The notes under the pieces: generated by a model
What the model saw: only the letters and a program-made list of their open reading frames with translations
Told to the model about the DNA's origin: nothing
The model's database searches: none
Translations under genes and position numbers: made by a program
DNA from: Candidatus Poribacteria bacterium
GTDB taxonomy: Bacteria > Poribacteria > WGA-4E > WGA-3G
Direction of reading: 5' to 3'
DNA length: 64,000 nucleotides
Assembly: GCA_965215265.1 (NCBI GenBank)
Contig: OZ244048.1
Span: 1,728,001-1,792,000, forward strand
Shown here: piece by piece, positions 29,126-37,401 of the stretch
Numbering within the stretch: position 1 is the stretch's first letter
Layout: each line of letters begins with the position of its first letter

Positions 29126-31828
29126 TTATTCTTCCGATTTGAGCGTTGCCCAGCGTTCTGTGAGTTTCCCATCTGCACTCAGATGCCCTTTCAAGCGGGT
29201 TGTCTGCAGCGTCTGCTGCACACCTGCGTTGGAGACATCTTCAATGCGGTAGTAATACACCACATTCGGTTTGGCAGACGTATCCGTCCAACTATAGTCG
29301 TTGCGTTCGCCAGTGGTGCCGGCCCCTGCAATCAACTCGGAGTTTATCTTTGTGAAGGTGCCGTTGCGCGCATCGCTCCGCAGCAGGTTGAATCCTGCGT
29401 TGTTCAACTCGGATTCGGTTGCCCAACTGATGACGATAGCGCCTTCTACGCGTTTCGCGGTGAAGGCAGAGAGCGCCACGGGCAGCGGGCCGCCGCCCCG
29501 ATAGCCGGGAGTGCCTTCATCCTCGGCATTGCCGTAGAAGGTGTCGCGCTGCGCCTCGTTCAAAGAGGTGTTGGCGGCTAGCACCCAACCCGCTTCGGTG
29601 GTGCCGTCTTCGGCAACTGCGCCGGTGGCGCGGCTAGCGCTGCCGTAGCGGCGGATGATGGAGCTGCGCCCGTCTTCAAGCATTGGCAGCTCCCACGCAG
29701 GTTCTTCCCCTCGCCCGACATAGTTGCCAACCGTATCCACCACGGGCTTGACACCAGAGGCTTCTTTGCCATATAACGTCAACTTGAAGGCGGTGGTGGC
29801 TAGCACCGGCGAACGCCGTTCCAAGTCCAGTTTATCGCGATAAGCACTCTCACGCCGCAGGTTGATGACACGTGCATCAGGGAAGTGGCCAGAGGTGCGC
29901 CCGGTGTCTGTCACGATGAGCAGCGTCTGGTTCGGGGGGATTATCTTACCGCCTACGAATTTGAGCGTCACATCTGGGCGAACGGCGGTGTCGGTGGTGG
30001 CATCTTGTTGGATGCGGAGCGTCCAGTCGTTCAGATTCACCGCTTCGGTTAGAGAACTATTGTGCAGCTCTATCCACTGCGGCAGCCGGTTGTCTGTGTC
30101 GAACATAATCTCGCTGATGGAGACTTGGCCCGCGGCGGATTTATCTTTCACTACACCGTTCTGATACCCGGGGGTACCGCCATACGCGTCTGCGTTCGGG
30201 GTATCGCGATCCCAGCCTATGCCGGTGAAACCGCGTTTGCTCCACGCGTTTTCCGCGAAGTTGTTCTCATTGTCGCGCTGATACACTGACCCTTCCTTGA
30301 ACGCCTCATCTATATCCTTAAAGATGTCCTTGTCGGGATCCGGTGTCGCCTGCAGTGGCCAAACCTCCGTATTGTAGTTCTGAGAATCATGCGTCCCTAC
30401 AAACGGAACGAAAACAGCACCTGCCGCATCTTCTATGTGAATCGGCTTATTCTCTTTATCTTTCCCATTCCGCAGCAGCAACAAGAACTTACCGTCTGCG
30501 GGAAGGTTGAGGCCGGATACAACTACGTATTGGTGCGTCGCACCATGCTGCACCTCATCCGCATCGTCCACACCCAGATTGTTCCCACCAGCGAGAAAGT
30601 TTCCTTCGGGATTGCTGTTCGCAACGAGTAACACACCCCCGCCGGCAATACTCTTATCAGGCAGCGTCACAAGCACCTTCTCGGTGCGCGCAGACGCATC
30701 GCCTGTCACAAGCGTGAGCTCCCACTCTTTGATACTGACGGCGGCATCCGTGTCGTTTCGCAGCTCTATCCAATCTAGGCTGTCAGACGTGTGATTCCCT
30801 ACTTCGTTGATGACAATCTTTCGACCTTCGAAACTCGTCCGGTCTCCGGCGGCGATACGCTGAGACGGGGTCGAACCAGGGGTGCCGATACGCTGCCCAC
30901 CGAGGTTTATGCTCGGCGCAGAGGACGCTTGCCAGTTATCGGAACGGTTACCGTCTTCGACTTCAGCCTTGGCAAAATCTATGCTCCTATACATCGAAAC
31001 CAGAGACGCAGACGCGGCTTCATCAGTTGCCACGGTGCGCCCACCTCCACCGGGCACCTCCCAGTAGCCCAGCCCTAGATTGCTTATGCTATCTATCACC
31101 AGATACGGAGTCTCTCCTATTGTCACTTCCGCACGATTCACCAGGTCGCCTGTCGTAAAATACAACGCCCAATCGTCCGCTACGGCAGTGGCGGCAACCG
31201 CTTTTACTGCATACAGCTCTAGCCACTGGCCAGACGACGACGGCGTTTGACTCGCATCTTCGCCCCACAACACTTCACTTATGACCACATCACCTTTCGC
31301 GGCACCGCCGGTGGTTAGCTTCGGCGCTATCAATTCTATCGTCCCACCATTACGGAAAAATTCGCTCAAGTTACGAGTCAGGGTTTCTACAGGTGCAACA
31401 GCACTGGAGATACCATGCGTTGTGGATGAGCTTCCCTCTTGGGTCAATACCTCAAAACCGCCCGCTGCCAACGCTGAAAGCGTGAAGTAGTCCAATTTCG
31501 CGTCAGGGCGAAGTATCGTCAAGTCGTCTAACGCTGACAACTCATCGGGGATATCCGATACTTGCGTTCCCCGGAGATCCAGCTCTTCCAAGTTCGTGAG
31601 GCTTGACAACGCAGAGATATCCTCTACTGGCGTATTACTGATATCCAACTTTTTCAAGGTGGTGAGAGTTGCCAGAGACGAGACATCCTCTACTTCCGTT
31701 CCAGAGAGATCCAGCTCTTCCAAGCTCGTGAGGGCTGAATGCGCTGCGAAAGGCAACGCTATTACAAGGCCGGCTAATAATACAACAATGCACAACGGCA
31801 TTTTTTTTCCTAATGCTTTCGAATACAT
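29126..31828 (-). CDS. Secreted surface protein: LRRs + three lamin-tail-like domains + LPV-type C-terminal domain with GKLTERWATLK tail
   Basis: Signal peptide; VVISEV..QWLELY, IVINEV..DWIELRN, VSISEIM..QWIELHN; GTPG motifs; GGAGG RBS. Confidence 0.85.
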   Translation of the reverse strand: MYSKALGKKMPLCIVVLLAGLVIALPFAAHSALTSLEELDLSGTEVEDVSSLATLTTLKKLDISNTPVEDISALSSLTNLEELDLRGTQVSDIPDELSALDDLTILRPDAKLDYFTLSALAAGGFEVLTQEGSSSTTHGISSAVAPVETLTRNLSEFFRNGGTIELIAPKLTTGGAAKGDVVISEVLWGEDASQTPSSSGQWLELYAVKAVAATAVADDWALYFTTGDLVNRAEVTIGETPYLVIDSISNLGLGYWEVPGGGGRTVATDEAASASLVSMYRSIDFAKAEVEDGNRSDNWQASSAPSINLGGQRIGTPGSTPSQRIAAGDRTSFEGRKIVINEVGNHTSDSLDWIELRNDTDAAVSIKEWELTLVTGDASARTEKVLVTLPDKSIAGGGVLLVANSNPEGNFLAGGNNLGVDDADEVQHGATHQYVVVSGLNLPADGKFLLLLRNGKDKENKPIHIEDAAGAVFVPFVGTHDSQNYNTEVWPLQATPDPDKDIFKDIDEAFKEGSVYQRDNENNFAENAWSKRGFTGIGWDRDTPNADAYGGTPGYQNGVVKDKSAAGQVSISEIMFDTDNRLPQWIELHNSSLTEAVNLNDWTLRIQQDATTDTAVRPDVTLKFVGGKIIPPNQTLLIVTDTGRTSGHFPDARVINLRRESAYRDKLDLERRSPVLATTAFKLTLYGKEASGVKPVVDTVGNYVGRGEEPAWELPMLEDGRSSIIRRYGSASRATGAVAEDGTTEAGWVLAANTSLNEAQRDTFYGNAEDEGTPGYRGGGPLPVALSAFTAKRVEGAIVISWATESELNNAGFNLLRSDARNGTFTKINSELIAGAGTTGERNDYSWTDTSAKPNVVYYYRIEDVSNAGVQQTLQTTRLKGHLSADGKLTERWATLKSEE

Positions 31829-31848
31829 TACTTTACCTCCAAGTTTAG

Positions 31849-33537
31849 TTAATTTGTTGATGACAGCGCTGAAATATCCGACACTTCCGTATCACTAAGA
31901 TCCAGCACTTTCAAGTTGGTTAGGTCTGACAGAGGTGTGATATCCTCTACTGGCGTTCCCGAGAGATCCAGCTCTTCCAAGTTCGTGAGGCTTGACAGCG
32001 CTGAAATATCCGACACTTGCGTATCACTAAGATCCAACTCTTTCAAGTTGGTTGCGGATTGAAGGAAAGTCAGATCGCTAACGTCTGAGCCACTTAGATC
32101 GAGGCTTGTCAATTCTAGCAGATTTGCCTGGGTGACAGTCGTCCCCGCGGGGATGTTGAGTTCCTCCCTGATTCCCGCAAGGAGCGCCGCATCCCGAACC
32201 GTATTTACAGACACCGTCAGGGCTTCCGAGGCCTGGCTCATGTTGCCCGCTATGTCCACTGTGGCATTCTCAGGCACCGTTATTTCCACATCTCCGTCAA
32301 AATTCAACGGCGGCGTGATAGTCGCTCTGTAGACTTTGAAGGCTGCACTGCGTCGTCTCACCTCATTCGATTCATCCGGCTGTTTCATATCGAGGGCATG
32401 AAACATCAGATCGGAAACGGTCCAACCGTCGAGTTCCATACCTTCAGAATCCGTAAACACGAAATCTTCTGCTGTGAAGCTATCGTCTCTCGTGGTTTCC
32501 GCAATGGTACTTGTCCCTCCGGCACCAGCTCCCGAATTAGAAAACTTGATCTCTATCTCAAAGTCACCTGTTTCAATGGTTTCAGTCGACGGAAATTTGT
32601 ACACGAACGTGCTTGCACGGATGGTATCTACCCCGTGTGAATAGGTATTTACCCCGTTTGAAACACTGGGAGCATACACGTAAAAATAACCTGCTCCGTA
32701 TCTGGCTTCTGTACTATAGAACCGGGTGGTCGGATGATCTTTCCACCTATTGTTGCCGCCCCATGGAAGAGGATCATCAGTAATCAGGTTGGCAGAAGTA
32801 ATAGCAGCCTCCCGTTCTGATTTTATCTGATTCGGCCCTGCTTCTGTCGACCATCCTGCGCCCTGCGTTAGGTCTTCCTCGGCTATAGCAAAGAAACCGT
32901 GCCTATCAAGAGCAGTATTTATCCCATTGAAATCGTTATCGTTATCAGCTGAACTGACCTCATACTCAAAGGTTAAGGTTGCACCACCAGCGGTGGTCTG
33001 GTAATACGTATTATCAGCTTGAACTGTATAATGGGAATCGCTGAAAGTGCCAGCTGCTATCCCTGTGAGGGAATCCAAGTTAAGAGAGAACCATCTACTT
33101 GCACCATCGAAGTGCAATTGGAGACGAAGATCCTTATGGACAAACACGTCAACATCGAAAACGAACTGAATTTGAATCGTATCACCGGCGTTATAGAAGC
33201 CAGCCGTTATAGGACTCGCATGAGCCTTATCAGTAGAATAACCTGTCTCCGCATCCACGAGACCCTCAGTCACTAGATGGTTCCCAGCTCTTGCTAAATC
33301 CTGTGAACTCCAGCCCTCATCTCCTCTAAAATTAGCCCAACCTGCATCTTCGGCTGCTTTGTGAAACGTAGCAAACATAGATGTACCAGTATGCGAGGGA
33401 TTATTCACTATAATGTTCTGTAACACAGCTGCTTGAGCGTGAGCAGATGTCGAAATTACCGAGGAGATAAATCCGACACTCAACACGCAAACTAAAAAAC
33501 CTACTAATGATAATGGAAAAGCAAAGTTTCCTTTCAT
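31849..33537 (-). CDS. Secreted Ig-like + LRR surface protein
   Basis: Signal peptide ending AHA; YRATITP...VPENATVDIAGN Ig-like motif; C-terminal LDLS.T.VSDISAL LRRs. Confidence 0.8.
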   Translation of the reverse strand: MKGNFAFPLSLVGFLVCVLSVGFISSVISTSAHAQAAVLQNIIVNNPSHTGTSMFATFHKAAEDAGWANFRGDEGWSSQDLARAGNHLVTEGLVDAETGYSTDKAHASPITAGFYNAGDTIQIQFVFDVDVFVHKDLRLQLHFDGASRWFSLNLDSLTGIAAGTFSDSHYTVQADNTYYQTTAGGATLTFEYEVSSADNDNDFNGINTALDRHGFFAIAEEDLTQGAGWSTEAGPNQIKSEREAAITSANLITDDPLPWGGNNRWKDHPTTRFYSTEARYGAGYFYVYAPSVSNGVNTYSHGVDTIRASTFVYKFPSTETIETGDFEIEIKFSNSGAGAGGTSTIAETTRDDSFTAEDFVFTDSEGMELDGWTVSDLMFHALDMKQPDESNEVRRRSAAFKVYRATITPPLNFDGDVEITVPENATVDIAGNMSQASEALTVSVNTVRDAALLAGIREELNIPAGTTVTQANLLELTSLDLSGSDVSDLTFLQSATNLKELDLSDTQVSDISALSSLTNLEELDLSGTPVEDITPLSDLTNLKVLDLSDTEVSDISALSSTN

Positions 33538-33630
33538 TTTATTTAATTCCTCATTTATTTTTTTTGCACTCATTATGCAAAATTTATAACCTTCTGGCTA
33601 AGTTATCGAACCAAAAAACACTTTAACTAT

Positions 33631-33815
33631 ATTATAACACAAACCACGAAAAACGTCAACTTTTTTTCCTGGTTTATCGCACATTTATACAAGCTATCGA
33701 TATAAACTAAAAGACGTTGTAAATATAGGAATGTCTCATTAATTAATTGAATCACAAAATCACTACTATATTACAATACAAATATATTATAACACAAAAA
33801 TCCGGAATATGTCAA
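33631..33815 (-). promoter_or_regulatory. Two tandem extended -10 sigma70 promoters
   Basis: TTGACG-17-TATAAT (33659-33631) and TTGACA-18-TATAAT (33815-33786). Confidence 0.7.
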
Positions 33816-34078
33816 CTTTTTTTATTGAATCCACGTCCGCTGCCCTCTTCTCAGGGAGACACGGCTTGCTGTGCCATCTGACTAATTAGTGACTTTTCAC
33901 CCACCGACTTGAGTCCGGTGGTAAAAAGGGCCAATTGGACTTAATGAGATAACGATGAAAGCGAATTGTAAGTTACGCGCTGAGACACTTTTTTGTTGAT
34001 ATTCAATCCAGAATCTCGCTGCCGATTGATGTCCGAGGGTGGACCTGCGAGCGGGTATCAAGGGACGGCGGCTCTCCG

Positions 34079-34366
34079 TTAGGTGTCGGTGTGGTTGTCA
34101 GCTGCCACCAGCTGTCGGACAAGCTCTGCCCGCACCTCCGCAGATAAATTCTGAATCTCCGCCGGGCGAAGTCCGGCTAACCGCTCATCGGGGCTGAGTC
34201 CTTTGACACGCTCATCGGGGCTCAGCCGTGCTAACATGTCGGCACGCTCTTCGGGAGTGAGTCCTTTCATCCGTTCGGCAGGCGGAATTCTCGCCAGAAT
34301 CTCGGTGCCGAACGTGTCTGCCAATGCTTGCATTTCGGTGTCGTAAAAGTTCTGTCTTTTTCCCAT
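34079..34366 (-). CDS. Stand-alone 95-aa tail protein (candidate antitoxin cassette)
   Basis: GGAG-9 nt-ATG; MGKRQNFYDTEMQ...ADNHTDT*. Confidence 0.6.
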   Translation of the reverse strand: MGKRQNFYDTEMQALADTFGTEILARIPPAERMKGLTPEERADMLARLSPDERVKGLSPDERLAGLRPAEIQNLSAEVRAELVRQLVAADNHTDT

Positions 34367-34433
34367 TTGTAATATCTCCAATGATGTACGAGGGTGGACC
34401 TGCGAGCGGGTATCAAGGAATAGGGACTCTCCG

Positions 34434-34721
34434 TTAGGTGTCGGTGTGGTTGTCAGCTGCCACCAGCTGTCGGACAAGCTCTGCCCGCACCTCCGCAGAT
34501 AAATTCTGAATCTCCGCCGGGCGAAGTCCGGCTAACCGCTCATCGGGGCTGAGTCCTTTGACACGCTCATCGGGGCTCAGCCGTGCTAACATGTCGGCAC
34601 GCTCTTCGGGAGTGAGTCCTTTCATCCGTTCGGCAGGCGGAATTCTCGCCAGAATCTCGGTGCCGAACGTGTCTGCTAATGCTTGCATTTCGGTGTCGTA
34701 AAAGTTCTGTCTTTTTCCCAT
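34434..34721 (-). CDS. Stand-alone 95-aa tail protein (candidate antitoxin cassette)
   Basis: Same protein sequence as 34079-34366. Confidence 0.6.
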   Translation of the reverse strand: MGKRQNFYDTEMQALADTFGTEILARIPPAERMKGLTPEERADMLARLSPDERVKGLSPDERLAGLRPAEIQNLSAEVRAELVRQLVAADNHTDT

Positions 34722-34788
34722 TTGTAATATCTCCAATGATGTACGAGGGTGGACCTGCGAGCGGGTATCAAGGAATAGGGACTCTCCG

Positions 34789-35796
34789 TTAGGTGTCGGT
34801 GTCGTTGTCAGCTGCCACCAGCTGTCGGACAAGCTCTGCCCGCACCTCCGCAGATAAATTCTGAATCTCCGCCGGCGACAAACCTTGAAATGCCTTGACG
34901 CGTTCATCGGGGCTAAGTCCTTTGACGCGTTCATCGGCACTCAGGCGTGCTAACATATCCGCCCGGTCCTGAGGGCTCAAGCGGGCCAGCATGTCCGTGC
35001 GGGCTTCAGCGGGCAGCCGTGCTAACATGTCGGCACGCTCTTCGGGAGTGAGTCCTTTCATCCGTTCGGCAGGCGGAATTCTCGCCAGAATCTCGGTGCC
35101 GAACGTGTCTGCCAATGCTTGCATTTCGGTGTCGTAAAAGTTCTGTCTTTTTCCCATTTGTAATATCTCCATTGATGTTTGAGGGTGGACCTGCGAGGCA
35201 TATCTAAAATAGCGCTCATTTTCTTCTGCAACTAGCTGCCTCACAAACGCACGGAATTGTTCCGCTGATGCCGTAAAAGGCAGCAACAAATAATTCTCTC
35301 GCACCAGTTCCAGCTCGTTGCACACTAACAGATGCACTGGAAACGTCTCCGTTATCTGGTAGTGTCCCGGCTTGACGCGTTCCCATTGTCCCTTGTAATA
35401 AGGCCGCGAGAGCAGTGCGCGAGGGTAGCGGGCGGAGACAATCGTCAAGGTGAGTACCTGCTTTGAAAGCCTGTTATCAGCCAGATAAAGACACGCACGC
35501 GCCTGGATGCGGTAATAGTCGCTCTCTGTCAAAGCGTCGGCTTGACTTTTGAACTCTATGAGATTATGCGTTCGGAAGTAGCGGAAAATCGGCTCTTCGG
35601 CGAGGAGGTTTGCCCGGTCAGCGGTGTCTCGCAAAATCACGCAGATGTCTATCGTGAGAGGCAGGTAGCTGACGGCGAGTTCTGCCTGTATCGGCAGCCC
35701 GAGTCGCTCTCCGAGCTGCGCGTTGAGATTCTGTTTGAAGCACGCATCATAAGCCGCCCGGACACCGCGCGGTTTTTCATCGCCTGCTCTGCGCAT
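34789..35796 (-). CDS. PD-(D/E)XK nuclease-family (Rpn-like) protein, type B
   Basis: N-domain nearly identical to 6615-7607; different tail. Confidence 0.8.
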   Translation of the reverse strand: MRRAGDEKPRGVRAAYDACFKQNLNAQLGERLGLPIQAELAVSYLPLTIDICVILRDTADRANLLAEEPIFRYFRTHNLIEFKSQADALTESDYYRIQARACLYLADNRLSKQVLTLTIVSARYPRALLSRPYYKGQWERVKPGHYQITETFPVHLLVCNELELVRENYLLLPFTASAEQFRAFVRQLVAEENERYFRYASQVHPQTSMEILQMGKRQNFYDTEMQALADTFGTEILARIPPAERMKGLTPEERADMLARLPAEARTDMLARLSPQDRADMLARLSADERVKGLSPDERVKAFQGLSPAEIQNLSAEVRAELVRQLVAADNDTDT

Positions 35797-35839
35797 AACT
35801 CCTCCATCCTGACTCTCTTTACTTTACTTCTTCTTATGT

Positions 35840-36109
35840 ATTGTAAAAGGGTGAGAAAAAATGTCAACCCATTTTACGTGATGTTGCCTCAAACCGGTTC
35901 GGCAACTCACTTTTAATTAAGTATACCTGCAATGTAAAAAAAATGTCAACTTTTTTCTCTTATATTATGATACCCGCAATCTGAGAAAATTTCAACTCTT
36001 TTTTTTCGAATTCCTGAATCGGTTTCCGTTCCGAAATAAACACTACAGAATTGCACGAATTTTCGAGAGTTAACAATAATATTATATCTCAAGCCCCAAA
36101 GTTTGTCAA
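35840..36109 (-). promoter_or_regulatory. Stack of four sigma70-like promoters
   Basis: TTGACA-16-TACAAT, TTGACA-18-TATACT, TTGAAA-17-TATCAT, TTGACA-17-TATAAT. Confidence 0.6.
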
Positions 36110-36450
36110 CTCTATTTTCGGTTTTTTTCGGAATCCGGACGCGCTGCCCCGCAAAAACTTGTAAAATATGTGGAATCGGTGTGTTCACAGAAGCATCGGT
36201 CTCCGTATTTAAACCGCAGCGGGTGAGCCGCAGGTGCACCTGCCGTGCTACTCCTCCGTTCCATTCTCCGCAGCCAGCAACTGCCGCGCCAGTTTCACAC
36301 GCATCTCCATCGACAAGCCCCGGAGCACCTCCACCAATTCGGCGTGAGACATCGCTTTGAAAAATAGACTTGATATTTTAAATTTAACTTGATATAATAA
36401 TCTAATCTAAACTGAGGTATAATACGAAAACTGCAACCAGAGGTTGTCAC

Positions 36451-36866
36451 ATGAAAAAATATAATCTCTTTATTAGTCATTCGTGGGCCTACGACAATCA
36501 ATATCAAAATCTAATCAATTTGCTTGATGCAAGGCCATATTTCCACTATAGCAACTATTCCGTACCCAAAGACGATCCGCTACATACCAGCGGAACGGAC
36601 CGAGCATTGTATAATGCGATAAAAAATCAGATAACGCCTAGCAGTATTGTGCTGATATTGGCAGGCATTTACGCAAGCTATAGCAAATGGATCGACAAAG
36701 AAATCCAGATTGCACAAACTGAGTACTGGACTCCCAAACCGATTCTTGCTATTGAACCTTGGGGGAGTCAAAATACATCTGCCAAGGTAAAGGAAAGGAT
36801 GCCGCGGATAAAATCGTTGGCTGGAATACGGACAGCATTGTCTCTGCAATTCGGGAGTTAGCGTGA
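36451..36866 (+). pseudogene. MTH538/ThsB-like TIR domain protein, frameshifted near the C-terminus
   Basis: LFISHSW, SKWIDKEI (catalytic Glu), KPILAI; AAGGA duplication at 36790-36799 displaces ADKIVGWNTDSIVSAIRELA*. Confidence 0.8.
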
Positions 36867-37330
36867 ACATGGACGGAAAACAGGAATTGCTAGAAATCTA
36901 CAAACTCCACGCGGAACTCGCCAACAGTGTCAGCAAGCAACGGGTTACCGCAAACCGTTTCTATATGCTGGTCTTGTCTGGATTGTCGGTGCTTTTCTCC
37001 GCGTTCCTACAACGCAGAAATGGAGTACCCCTATCGTGGCTCATGATAGGCTTTGGGTTACTCGGTACACTTTTGGCAGCAGCATGGTATATTATCATCC
37101 GCTCCTATCGTCAACTGAATTCTGGGAAATTCAAGGCATTGCATGAATTGGAGGAAAAACTCGCCTATCCGTTTTTCAAACGCGAATGGGAATTGCTGCA
37201 GGAAGGCACAGAACGAAAAACCTATTGGCGACTCACCATTGTTGAGACGTTTGTTCCGGTGATCTTCTTTGTCTGTTTTGCAGTGTTGTTGATAATTGGC
37301 ATTTGTTTACTCTTTATTGACGGAGCCTGA
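36863..37330 (+). CDS. Small 3-TM membrane protein (RipA/8xMP-like candidate effector)
   Basis: LEIYKL..E.A..VS.QR..ANRFY, W..IIRSYRQLNSGKF..HELE..L...F..EW; GTGA overlap with the restored TIR stop. Confidence 0.7.
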   Translation: MNMDGKQELLEIYKLHAELANSVSKQRVTANRFYMLVLSGLSVLFSAFLQRRNGVPLSWLMIGFGLLGTLLAAAWYIIIRSYRQLNSGKFKALHELEEKLAYPFFKREWELLQEGTERKTYWRLTIVETFVPVIFFVCFAVLLIIGICLLFIDGA

Positions 37331-37401
37331 GATGTCTTATTCAAAATGATAATGATTCGCATCGCCTTGATGGCAACGGATGGCGACATTTCAGCGCAAG
37401 A

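Larger units (their letters stand above)
27375..29207. repeat. ~305-bp imperfect direct repeat (27375-27683 and 28903-29207) framing nuclease gene 27684-28931
   Basis: Both copies contain the surface-gene 3' end, terminator, promoter and nuclease start. Confidence 0.88.
34008..34788 (-). repeat. Tandem array of 355-bp nuclease-tail cassettes (two complete, one degenerate)
   Basis: 34079-34433 and 34434-34788 are nearly identical; a remnant lies at 34008-34078. Confidence 0.92.

Noticed and set aside
34367-34940. Longer ORF-track versions 34079-34477 and 34434-34940
   Set aside because: Their N-terminal extensions are off-frame reads of the preceding unit; the SD-supported ATGs are at 34366 and 34721.
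27375-35796. Diversity-generating retroelement (TR/VR pairs)
   Set aside because: No reverse transcriptase is in the window and differences between repeat copies are not adenine-specific.
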